DNA of 59,214 bases, counting the filler, from Ionaspis alba (Eukaryota), in the NCBI GenBank assembly GCA_964255285.1. It is 4 parts of 4 records of this genome, joined end to end, with 100 filler letters (N's around TTAATTAATTAA, not from the genome) between each part and the next. Parts side by side here need not be neighbours in the genome. Positions count along the whole stretch, not along the records: positions 1 to 14,778 come from CAXUUL010000401.1; positions 14,879 to 29,601 come from CAXUUL010000402.1; 2 more parts are not named here. One strand, written 5' to 3'. Below the pieces are notes generated by a model. The model did no database searches. It saw only the letters and a program-made list of their open reading frames with translations, and was not told the DNA's origin. Position numbers and translations under genes: made by a program. Shown piece by piece: positions 11,873-25,635 of this stretch (its first letter is position 1; the number at the start of each line of letters is the position of its first letter).

Positions 11873-14778
11873 ATGGAATCATTTTTGTTGAGCTCAAATG
11901 ACCCCGACCTTTCCCGCATGATTACGCGGGAATGGATTGACGGCAACAACGTCGAAAGATCTGGCGATACGGTTTTATCATCTCTGGAACAGGACCTTGT
12001 TCATCTTGATTTTGCCGAAGAACTATATAGCGCACTCCTGAAAACTGCTAAAAAGATATGGGAGCTCCTTTCTACAAAACATTCTCTACGCCAGCATTAT
12101 TTGCGGGCGCTCAAAGATTCCCTGGGAAGACTCTATCTTGTACGTACACTTTTCTGTTCTCAGTATGGGAGGACCTCGCCATGATTTGTAGGATAAGTGA
12201 TTCAATTCTTAATGCTTGTCGTGGCTTTTGATAATTATAATTGGAAGAGTGACATTTTTCATAGAAAGAGCACCAGAACAATCACTACGATGTGGACCTT
12301 GGCACAGTGGCTGTTGATATAAGTATAAAATCGACGCTGACCTTCTTCTATAGTGGGGCCGAGATTTCCAAGAAGGCAGGTTGGCTTGTGTCCTGAGGCA
12401 GTCCAACGACTTGAGGAACACAGTCCTTGATATCCTTGGTCGCGTTGGCAATCTGTTCATCAGTAAGTGTCATCATCCAGGCCCTACCGCTCCTGAAACT
12501 TGGAGACTTGTTGCCTGTGATGCCTAACGATAACAAGAAATTGCTACGGCGGAGCTTCCCCAAGGCCTTCTGCACCAACAAATTGCGGAGCTTCAGCTTC
12601 TGATCGAAAGGTCTCGATTGATCACTTCATCTCCTGATTGCGACTCTGAAGATGTTGAGGCCAATACCGATTCTAAATCAGAGACCTCATCGTCGTCCTC
12701 CAGAGATGGTGTCTCGTCGACTACCAATGCCCTGCAATGCGATGTGGATTGCCTTATGGATCTCGTGCCAACCATGGAACATACCCTAGCTCACTTGGAG
12801 GCGACAGCCAGGAAACAGCCGCCTTCGAAAAGGATTGCTTTCGCTGTCTCCGAAGCTGCTCGTCCATGGGTAGCAAATGTCTATGATAAATTCAACGACG
12901 CCGATACGGACTTGGTTGAACGACTTGGCGAATCGAACTGGCAGCGCTTTGTCACAATTAGAGCGAGGATGGACCAAATAGCATCAGCACCCAAGAACGA
13001 GCCAGCCCCTCCGATCGAGCAGATCCCTGTGCAAGCCGTCTTTGTAGACAAACCGCAGTCAATATTTAAACCTCTTTCCCTGTTCCAGGACAGTGGTTTG
13101 GGATCGTCTGTAGCTTCTGCGCCTGCTACTTCGCAACACGCACAATCTGTCGCTTCTCATACATCTTTCATGACAAGCCTGGCCGAAGGCGAAGATTCTA
13201 GCCGTCGCGTCCCACCAACACCATTCGAGGTTTCTTTAGGGAAGCCTTTCCGATGTGAGATATGTGGCCATCAATTGTTCAACATCAAGAATCGTCTCGA
13301 TTGGAAGTACGTACTCATACTGCCTGACCTGACCATTCGAGCTGACCTTTTGTAGAATACACGTCTTTGCCGACCTCCAACCCTACATCTGTACTTTCAA
13401 GTCATGTGAAAAGGAGCTGCTCAAATTCCCAACTCGGAAACTATGGAGCCAGCATGAATTCACCGAGCATCGGGTAAATTGGTCTTGGAATTGCCCGGAA
13501 TGCTGGCAGACCTTCAGCTCATCCCAGGACCTAGAGCAGCACTTGAGTTCGCGGCACAGGAAAATCATACATGCTACACAACTTCCTTCAATCCTCAATG
13601 CCGCCAGGATACAAACGGAGCTGCCCATCGACAGTCAGGAATGTCCTCTTTGCAAGATCAAACCGGGCAAGTCTCGCAGAAACTTTGTCACCCATGTCGG
13701 TCGACATATGGAATCTATTGCGCTCGCAGTGCTTCCGCAAGATCTCAATAGTGAATCTGATATCGAAAGTATAATACCAGCAAGTGACGTCGTTAAAGCT
13801 ACAAATCAGGAAGAGCCCAGACCATTGACATCTGAGAACCCACCAACAGAGTCCGCACTTACAGAACCTCGAAATTATTCACCATTAGGATTCGAACCTA
13901 CAGCTCTCTCCATATTCCCAACGATTCTGACGTCCATGCAATCTACACAAAATGAAGAGGAAGCTCAAAGACTGCAGGACCGAGTTGGCGATTCTACAAG
14001 GCTTCCACTCTCGAGTGATACATATAAGTGCACGGAAATTCCGATCTCAAACCTACCTACGCCCTCAAAAAATGGTCAGCCTCTGTTATCATCTCCGCCT
14101 TCTGCACCGTATATAACACGCGACTTGAAACTCAATCTCATGTACGTCCGAACCATATGCGACTATGATCATGGTAAACCTGATCTGCTTGCTTTCCGGA
14201 AAGGCGAAGTTATACAAGTCCACGCGCAACATGGAGATGATTGGCTGGATGGCTACCTTCATGGAAAACGAGGCTGGTTTCCGAGAAGCTGTTGTGTGGT
14301 TGTTCACAAAACACAAACTTCTTCGGAGGATTTTGATATTGCTGGCAACCCATACACACACATTGAGGAGGCTACCAGCTCCTTTACTCCGATCAATAAA
14401 GAAGAGCCAAGCTTCGACACAACATTGAAAAGGTCGAGATTGGGAAACTATCACGAGCCCGCCTCCGGTCTATATACTTGCAATTTGGACGGTTGTTTAA
14501 ACATATTTGCAACTCAGGACGAGCTGGTTGATCACGCACTGGATGTTCACCACAGTCAGAAGGAGCCTCGGTCCCAGTATTTACGAAACGACGATTATTA
14601 CGGAAGCCAGTTGTTTTCCTTCGACCCTGAATCGGAGGGACTGGTTAGTAGCTCTCACCTTATTTGTAACGATGCCGACTACAATATTTCCGGTCCTGGG
14701 CAAGTCTTCGCTACCGAGAAAGAGTGGGACACTCATTTACGTACCGTGCACTCACTCACTCCGTCTTTCTGGCAGCCG
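11873..14778 (+). CDS. Multi-C2H2 zinc-finger protein with an integrated SH3 domain; spliced, 3'-truncated at the spacer
   Basis: Exons read LGRLYL|WG..., CLMDLVPTME, LVERLGESNWQR, DSGLGSS, PFRCEICG...WK|.HVFADLQPYICTF..C, CPEC...H....H, CPLC...HVGRHME, SH3 (YVRTICDY..LAFRKGEVIQV..DWLDG....RGWFP), YTCNLDGC..F....L..H...H. The ORF runs into the N spacer. Confidence 0.75.
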
Positions 14779-14878
14779 NNNNNNNNNNNNNNNNNNNNNN
14801 NNNNNNNNNNNNNNNNNNNNNNTTAATTAATTAANNNNNNNNNNNNNNNNNNNNNNNNNNNNNNNNNNNNNNNNNNNN
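14779..14878. other. Artificial contig-joining spacer (N44-TTAATTAATTAA-N44)
   Basis: Exactly 100 nt. The core gives TAA stops in all six frames. Identical copies at 29602 and 44410. Confidence 0.97.
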
Positions 14879-15113
14879 GTGGTCATTAATGTCGTGATGT
14901 CTGACACCTTACTGTTTAGCTGGCGTTGCGTGAGTAATGTCTTCAATCACAAGGCAAGAAGGTGGAATCCAATTCATGTCGATACCACATTACATCAGGA
15001 CCAGTCTATTGCAACAGATCCTGAGACCCTATAAACGTCCCGCAGCCCAGACCGCCGTGCGCAGCAGGTACTCAACGCTCCCTCGAAGACTGTACCTCTA
15101 AAGCAGTAGAACC

Positions 15114-15962
15114 ATGCCACACCACCGCCGTCACTACCAGGACAATTCAGTTCTCAACAAAGAGCATTATGAAGCCACAGCGGTCACCCCTTCCATAGAC
15201 ATCGGCACCTATTATCCGGGCTGCACACAGGAAGATCTCATTGAGCTTGATCATGCCGATGAATGGTCAGACCGCTTCAGTGGCCACTGGGAGCCCGTCT
15301 CCCTGCGTCAAGCCACAGTAGAATTGGAGGATTGGCTCTCCAAGCCTCCACCACACAAATCTGCTGCTGCCATCAAGAGGATGAGGTCGGCTCTTCATCA
15401 GAGGTCCTGGACACCTGATCTGCCCATCAAGATGTTCAACGACCTTGATAGAGCATTCTTTGGACGGTTTTTAAAGGGAAGATGCAAGCTACGATGGAAG
15501 GGAAGCACGAAAGCATTACGAAAGGATATAGGACCCAGATACCACGACACTGCCGGCGTAACTATGCCCGTGTTGAACACCGCTGTGCCAATTGCAAGAA
15601 TGATCCTAAACGCTGAAGTGATATTTTTGGATCCTAGAGGGGGGAGGTCGCCCGAGAAGTCACGGAAGAGAATGACATATGGGACGCTTATGCATGAAAT
15701 GGTTCACGGTGAGTCAAGTCTTCAGCATCTTGAGCTCGTGTCTGGCTTCCCACAAAGTATGCTGACGACCTCCATATTAGCATATCTTCTCGTAAGACTG
15801 GGATCCTGTACCGACGCCGATGAAACAATGATGGGCCGTGACGGCAGCCACGGTAGGTATTTTCAACGGTGCATAGAGGCCGTCGAGCGACGGACCAAGA
15901 AGGACATTGGCTATGTACCGCACTGGAACGAGAAGCACGATCATCGTGGCCATAGGAACTGA
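15114..15962 (+). CDS. SprT-like zinc metalloprotease-domain protein; in-frame 72-nt intron 15709-15780
   Basis: FNDLD..FF...L....LRW, AGVT, TLMHEMVH|AYL (HExxH), and a downstream HG.YFQ supplying the third His. The intron gtgagt...gctgac...ttag directly follows HEMVH. TATAAA at ~15030. Confidence 0.75.
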   Translation: MPHHRRHYQDNSVLNKEHYEATAVTPSIDIGTYYPGCTQEDLIELDHADEWSDRFSGHWEPVSLRQATVELEDWLSKPPPHKSAAAIKRMRSALHQRSWTPDLPIKMFNDLDRAFFGRFLKGRCKLRWKGSTKALRKDIGPRYHDTAGVTMPVLNTAVPIARMILNAEVIFLDPRGGRSPEKSRKRMTYGTLMHEMVHGESSLQHLELVSGFPQSMLTTSILAYLLVRLGSCTDADETMMGRDGSHGRYFQRCIEAVERRTKKDIGYVPHWNEKHDHRGHRN

Positions 15963-16395
15963 TCCAGCCGCTCGTTTGAAAGAGGCAGCTGACTTGCAAT
16001 GTGACCTGTATTTAGAATGCAAGAGAGTAAAGCATGTTATCCCTATATGCAACAACGTATGACCTTCTCTCCGGCTAGGATAACTCATGGGTCGGCGCCA
16101 CGTCCTCTGGTGAGGGCTTCTGACCGTCTGCACAAAATAGCCAATTAGTGCAAAAACGTATTGCGGATCCCCTAATCGTGTGGGCCTTATGCACTTGTAG
16201 AGAAGCCAAAAGAGCTAGACTGCAAGCTATCATGCCGATCTATATTTGCAATTGCTATACGACCATCCAGCGCCGGCCAGCCATTATCCAGGGATATCAT
16301 ATTCCATTGCCCACACATACAACACCGTTTCTCCCTGCTCGATGCTCCGTCCGCAACAACCCCTTTTCAATCCCCATGATTGCGTCCCACTCACT

Positions 16396-20250
<3,855 letters not shown>

Positions 20251-20380
20251 GGCTGCTTTCGTTAGCGCAAGGCCAAATCAGTGAACTTTGACTTCTGCTT
20301 CAACAGTGACAATGATATCAGCCAAGACGATACTGTTCCCGATCATGGTCAAGAGTGTTGCTGTAATTTTGTACTGCCTC

Positions 20381-20438
20381 TTCGCGTCCTCGAGACCATA
20401 TCATGGTGAGACGCGACTCAATTTAGGGCTGGCGCGTC
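20381..20438. promoter_or_regulatory. Cluster of three ACGCG (MCB/SCB-like) cores upstream of SMC3
   Basis: ttCGCGT at 20381-20387, ACGCGA at 20411-20416, gCGCGT at 20432-20437, all 130-190 nt upstream of the SMC3 ATG. Confidence 0.5.
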
Positions 20439-20883
20439 ACTAGTTCCATTGCGGGGTGAGTCCAGTGACAGAAAATATTGAACACCTGGAGAACGCCCCA
20501 TGCACAGAAGTTCCAGGGGATGTTTAGTGGGTTGCCAACTGAAGCGCGGCCTTGGTTCGCCAATCTTCTCGCTACCCGCTTGAGACCCTACAGCTTCCAC
20601 CTCTGTTTCTCTTTGGTGCGGGGTCTTTTGGTCACCCGCCTCGAGGCAACAAATAATTAAGAATTTTTTTCTTGCTGGAGCATAATTGCCACAATAATTG
20701 CTTCAGGGGGCTACCGCCAGTCTTTTGAGGGAGGTGAGCTTTCCCTGGGGCCGTCTCTTCGCTCACTATTGAGTACCCTCGCCTAGGGCTCGCCTAATTT
20801 ATTCTCAATCAAATTGTCAGCCGCTTGGCGCCGTAAAAAGTCTACAGAAAACACCAAACAGTAATACAACAATTCCTCCGATC

Positions 20884-22593
20884 ATGCCAGATGAACGACA
20901 GCCCGCAGCAGCTCACGAGCCATGGCACATATATGCTCCAAATCAAGGCTATTTGAATGATCAGGAGATTCATTCAGGCACAGCGAGTCAAAATGGTTTA
21001 GAGAACCTTGTTGGAAACCATGAAGAGGAAGAAGATGACGATGAGGAGGACTACAACGATATCTTAGCAGAGGACGACTTGGATGAACAAGACTATGCGT
21101 CCTACAATCCAGCGGACTTCACGAAAACGTACAACCGTCAGCGTAGACTCCAAGAGGTTGCCACCGACCCTAATGCTTCCAAAACCTCTGCTCCAAAAAC
21201 AAACCCACAAAAGCCTACTGCAAATACGCTCGCCGCGGTGGACGACCAAGTCACTACTCTATCTCGACATGCCGGAAAGCTCAAGCTGGATGGAGGCTTT
21301 GACGAGAAGCATCACAACAAGGGTCGTGATAAGAGTGATCGAGCAACGAGTGAGCAAGTTCTAGACCCACGCACTCGCATGATCTTACTACAAATGATCA
21401 ATCGAAACGTTGTTTCCGAGGTTAACGGCTGTCTCTCGACTGGCAAGGAAGCCAACGTCTACCACGCCTTGTCAACAGATCAGGCCGCGGTTGCAGATAC
21501 AGAGCCAGCACATTTGCAAAGGGCAATCAAAGTCTACAAAACGAGTATTCTAGTCTTCAAGGACAGAGACAGGTACGTTTCAGGCGAGTATCGGTTTAGG
21601 CAGGGATACAGTAAGAGCAACAACCGGGCAATGGTCAAGGTCTGGGCGGAGAAAGAGATGAGAAACTTGAAACGAATATACGCATCTGGAATACCATGCC
21701 CGGAACCCATTCACCTGCGGCTTCATGTGCTCGTCATGGCTTTTCTGGGTGATAAACGAGGGATTCCTGCACCAAGATTGAAGGATGTCACCCTTGAAGG
21801 TAACGAGGCAGATTCGCGATGGCGTGCACTATATCTACAGTTACTTGGCTATATGCGTATCATGTATCAGAGGTGCCATTTAGTGCATGCTGATCTCAGC
21901 GAGTACAACATCCTCTATCATCAGGACAAGCTGTGGATCATTGATGTTAGCCAGAGCGTGGAGCACGACCATCCACGGAGTCTCGAGTTCTTGCGCATGG
22001 ACATCAAAAACGTCAGCGAATTCTTTCGCCGGAAAGGAGTTGATGTCCTATCCGAAAGAACAGCATTTAGATTCATTACTTCTGTTAATGGGGCCATAGA
22101 AAAGCTTGCGATGGCTGAAGATTTGGAGCTGCTCTACAGTATGCGTCCTAAGGATGAGATCGATGACGATGCCGAAAAAGAAGTCGATAATGAAGTTTTC
22201 CGGAACCAGTACATCCCCCAGACTCTGGAACAGGTTTATGATGTTGAGAGAGATGCCACACAAGTAAGCAAAGGAGGGAAGGATGAGCTTGTTTATCGGG
22301 ACTTGTTGGCAGACAAAGTTGCTCCAAGCACGGTCGTCGATTCCAATCTGGCCGACGGGATTGCAGAGCAAGAGAGTAACAAGGACGAGGGATCGTCCCA
22401 GGAAGGAAGCGACGATGGTGATGACGATCCATTCGCAAAGAAGCCGCCTAGGGGCAAGCGTTTCGAGGACAAGGAGACCAAGAAGGAGCACAAGAAGCAG
22501 GTCAAGGAGGAAAACAAAGAGAGGCGAGAGAAGAAGATGCCGAAATATGTGAAGAAGAAGTTGATCAGCAGTTCCGCTCGTCATAAGCATTGA
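20884..22593 (+). CDS. RIO1: Atypical Ser/Thr kinase RIO1 (Aspergillus sudD)
   Basis: Intronless, 569 aa. DRATSEQVLDPRTR, STGKEANVYHA, AIKVYKTSILVFKDRDRYVSGEYRF, WAEKEMRNL, LVHADLSEYNIL, IIDVSQSVEHDHP, Lys-rich C-terminus. Confidence 0.97.
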   Translation: MPDERQPAAAHEPWHIYAPNQGYLNDQEIHSGTASQNGLENLVGNHEEEEDDDEEDYNDILAEDDLDEQDYASYNPADFTKTYNRQRRLQEVATDPNASKTSAPKTNPQKPTANTLAAVDDQVTTLSRHAGKLKLDGGFDEKHHNKGRDKSDRATSEQVLDPRTRMILLQMINRNVVSEVNGCLSTGKEANVYHALSTDQAAVADTEPAHLQRAIKVYKTSILVFKDRDRYVSGEYRFRQGYSKSNNRAMVKVWAEKEMRNLKRIYASGIPCPEPIHLRLHVLVMAFLGDKRGIPAPRLKDVTLEGNEADSRWRALYLQLLGYMRIMYQRCHLVHADLSEYNILYHQDKLWIIDVSQSVEHDHPRSLEFLRMDIKNVSEFFRRKGVDVLSERTAFRFITSVNGAIEKLAMAEDLELLYSMRPKDEIDDDAEKEVDNEVFRNQYIPQTLEQVYDVERDATQVSKGGKDELVYRDLLADKVAPSTVVDSNLADGIAEQESNKDEGSSQEGSDDGDDDPFAKKPPRGKRFEDKETKKEHKKQVKEENKERREKKMPKYVKKKLISSSARHKH

Positions 22594-23396
22594 GCTTAGC
22601 AACGTAGAGGAGAAGCAAGCAAACGAAGACCACTCCAGACGTCTTTGACCTCGACGCATTACATTCAGGTATGTCCGAGTTTTATTCAACCCTGACGAAT
22701 CTCAATGACGAAGACAGAAGCCTTTGCTGTATGTGATGGAGTGTTTCTCCCTTGAGCGAAACCACATACATCCATTGAAAAGGGACCTCAAAGCCCTGGC
22801 TTGATGCGGATAGAAGAGAGCCCTGAGAGATTTGGCAGCACTTTTTATCATTCACGCCGAGCAAAGTGTGTTGAGACTGACAATGACAGGTAGAACCCGC
22901 TGATATACAATAAACGTGGCTTCGAAGCGTGTCAAGTCGTAGCAATCACGGACCCTAGCAATGCCTTCGATTTTTATGCTGTTTGTGGTCCGCTACGATC
23001 ACTACGATCGTGTGAGGTATGCTTGAAGAAACGACCACAAGAGTTTCCGCTCTTGTAGGTGTAGCTTCGTAGTCAAACATCAGCTGTTCAATCCAATCAG
23101 CATTGGTCAATGAATATCCTCTTTCAACGCACGTAGATTGTCATTTCCTAGAACACCGCAAACGCAGGAATCCCATTTACCGGGCAAATACAAGCTCCTT
23201 GGCCGAGACCCTGACAGGCATAGCATAGTGAGGCGATTGATGCTTCAGAGCCCGTTCAAGCTCCGGCTAAGACTAGATTTACGTTTCAGATAAACACTTT
23301 CATTTCTACAGATACATTTCCAAGGACTGGGTGGCCGGTAACCCAGATACCTCTCTATCTATCAAGACATAGCTATCGATATCTGCATGCGAGCAA

Positions 23397-25635
23397 ATGG
23401 CAGGCCGCTTTGTGCGCTCGTCGAAATATCGTGAGCTCCCTCTCGTAACTCTACCTCCATACGCCAGCTGATCGATTTACAGGGCATGTTTTTGGCAGGC
23501 CAACTCGAAAGGTGCAAACGCCCCACAGCATGTGCAGACCGTATGGCACATAATTGACCTCTGGTGCAGGAACAATGCTACGATAACATACGGGTTTCAA
23601 AGAATGCCTGGGACACCAATTTAGTCAAGGCGAATCCCCAATATCTCTCCGTCAACTGGGAAGCTAGTGGAGGAGGCGCCTTTGCAGTTATACCTCTGAA
23701 AGAGAAGGGAAGATTGCCAGAGCAACTCCCACTGTTTCGGGGTCACACCGCTGTGGTTCTAGACACTGACTGGTGCGTCCGGAACACATATCTATAAGCG
23801 GGGCTAAGTTTAGCTGCAGGAATCCTTTCAATGATTCTGTGATCGCATCTGGTTCAGATGATGGCAAGGTGAGCGGAAGTTGGACTACAAGGATCGACAG
23901 AGCTCATACCGTGATAGGCGTTCATATGGAGGGTGCCTGAGGGTTTCTCGCTATATACCGATTCGGAGGAGCCTACTGACGTTGCACCTATTGGGAAACT
24001 TACAGGGCACTCAAGGTACGAGACCCCGAAATTGCATCGGAGCACTGCTGAATGTCTGTAGAAAAGTTGGACACGTCCTTTTCAACCCGGCTGCGGAGAA
24101 CATTCTTGCTACGTCTTCGGGTGACTTTACAATAAAATTGTGGGATATAGAAGCAGGCTCTTCTCGTCTCACGTTGAAACACACGGACATAGTGCAGTCT
24201 TTATCGTGGAGCGCTAATGGAGCACTCATGGTCACAACATCTAGAGACAAGAAGTTACGTATATGGGACGTTCGGCAAGAGAAACCCGCTCATGTGGTTC
24301 CTGGGCATGCAGGAGCAAAAAATAGCAGAGCGGTCTGGATGGGAGAACACGACAGGGTAGCAACAACAGGCTTTTCGAAGATGAGTGATCGTCAGATGGG
24401 TCTATGGGATATCAGAAATCCACAAGAACCCATGGGAGGTTTTGATATGCTTGACTCGATATCAGGAGTCTGTATGCCGTTCTGGGATGATGGAACGCAA
24501 TGCCTATATCTAGCAGGCAAAGGGCAAGTATGATATCGTATCTTCAACGGCGGCGCTGACATGAAAGTAGTGACGGTAACATACGATATTTCGAATACCA
24601 GCATGATAAATTTGAATATCTTTCCGAGTACAAGTCAGCAGACCCTCAACGAGGAGTTGCATTTCTACCAAAGCGAGGGCTTAACATCCATGAAAACGAA
24701 GTCATGCGAGCTTTCAAGACGGTGAATGATGGTTACATTGAACCGATATCCTTCATTGTCCCACGACGAGCCGAGGTATTCCAAGGCGACATCTATCCTC
24801 CAGTGACTGGTACGAAACCAGCGATGTCATCAGCCGAGTGGTTCGCAGGCAAAGATGCCTTGCCTCCTAAGATAGATCTCGAGAGTGTCTATGCGGGAGA
24901 AGAGCCCGCAGAAGTTCCTTCAACCTACAAACCCACGCCTCAGCCAGCACCTGCTGCCAATATCCCATCTCCAACGAAGAAAGAACCTGAGCCAGTAAAG
25001 TCTGCTCCTCAACCTTCACCTGCCGTGCGCGATTCGCCACCGTCCATGAAAGAGCAGACAAGCTCGATATCGAATTTAACATCTAAATTTGTGGACAACG
25101 ATGAATCTGAGTCCGAGGACGAAGATAGCTCGAGCTTCGAAGAAATTCCGAAACCTGTCGACCGTTCGGAGAAGCAGCCTCAGATTACCCCTAAACCAGA
25201 AGATCACAGCGAGCGAGTTGCGATGACCAAGGGGTTGGGCGGCGCCTCAGATCCCGTCTCTTCGCACCCACCTGCTCCGAAGGCGGAATCCCAAACATCA
25301 AAGGTGAAGTATTTGAAGATTACTTTAATACCACTGTCACTAATATTGCATAGCCTAAGCAACTCGATCAAGCCATTCCTGCTTCCAGCAGCTCCACCTC
25401 CCTCAATCTTCCACCTACGCCTGCCATGGGATCCGAGCCTATACAGGGCTACCTACAAGAGATCAAGTCTCTTCTACAGCAACAAAATCTGACGATGGCG
25501 GCACAGAGCGAGAAGATAACCCAGCTGACATCTGAGGTCGATACACTGAAGACCAGTCTTGGAGATAGCCGGACTAAGGAGAAGGATGAAAGGATCAGGG
25601 AATTGGAAAAGAAATTGGCGGATTTGGGAATATAG
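23397..25635 (+). CDS. CRN1: Coronin (WD40 actin-binding protein); multi-exon
   Basis: MAGRFVRSSKY|RHVFG, NAWDTN, GGGAFAV, FRGHTAVVLDTDW|NPFND, AGKG|DGNIRYFEY, EPISFIVPRRAEVFQGDIYPP, Pro-rich linker, C-terminal coiled coil. Stop at 25633-25635. Confidence 0.95.

Noticed and set aside
14823..14834. TTAATTAATTAA palindrome occurring three times, as a biological repeat or transposon target site
   Set aside because: Always centred in exactly 44+44 N. It is a synthetic six-frame stop linker.
20700..20820. Stem-loop or ncRNA between SMC3 and RIO1 (gtgagc/gctcac and gaggg/ccctc pairing)
   Set aside because: Stems are short and no snRNA/snoRNA boxes were recognised. A 5'-UTR intron of RIO1 explains it equally well.
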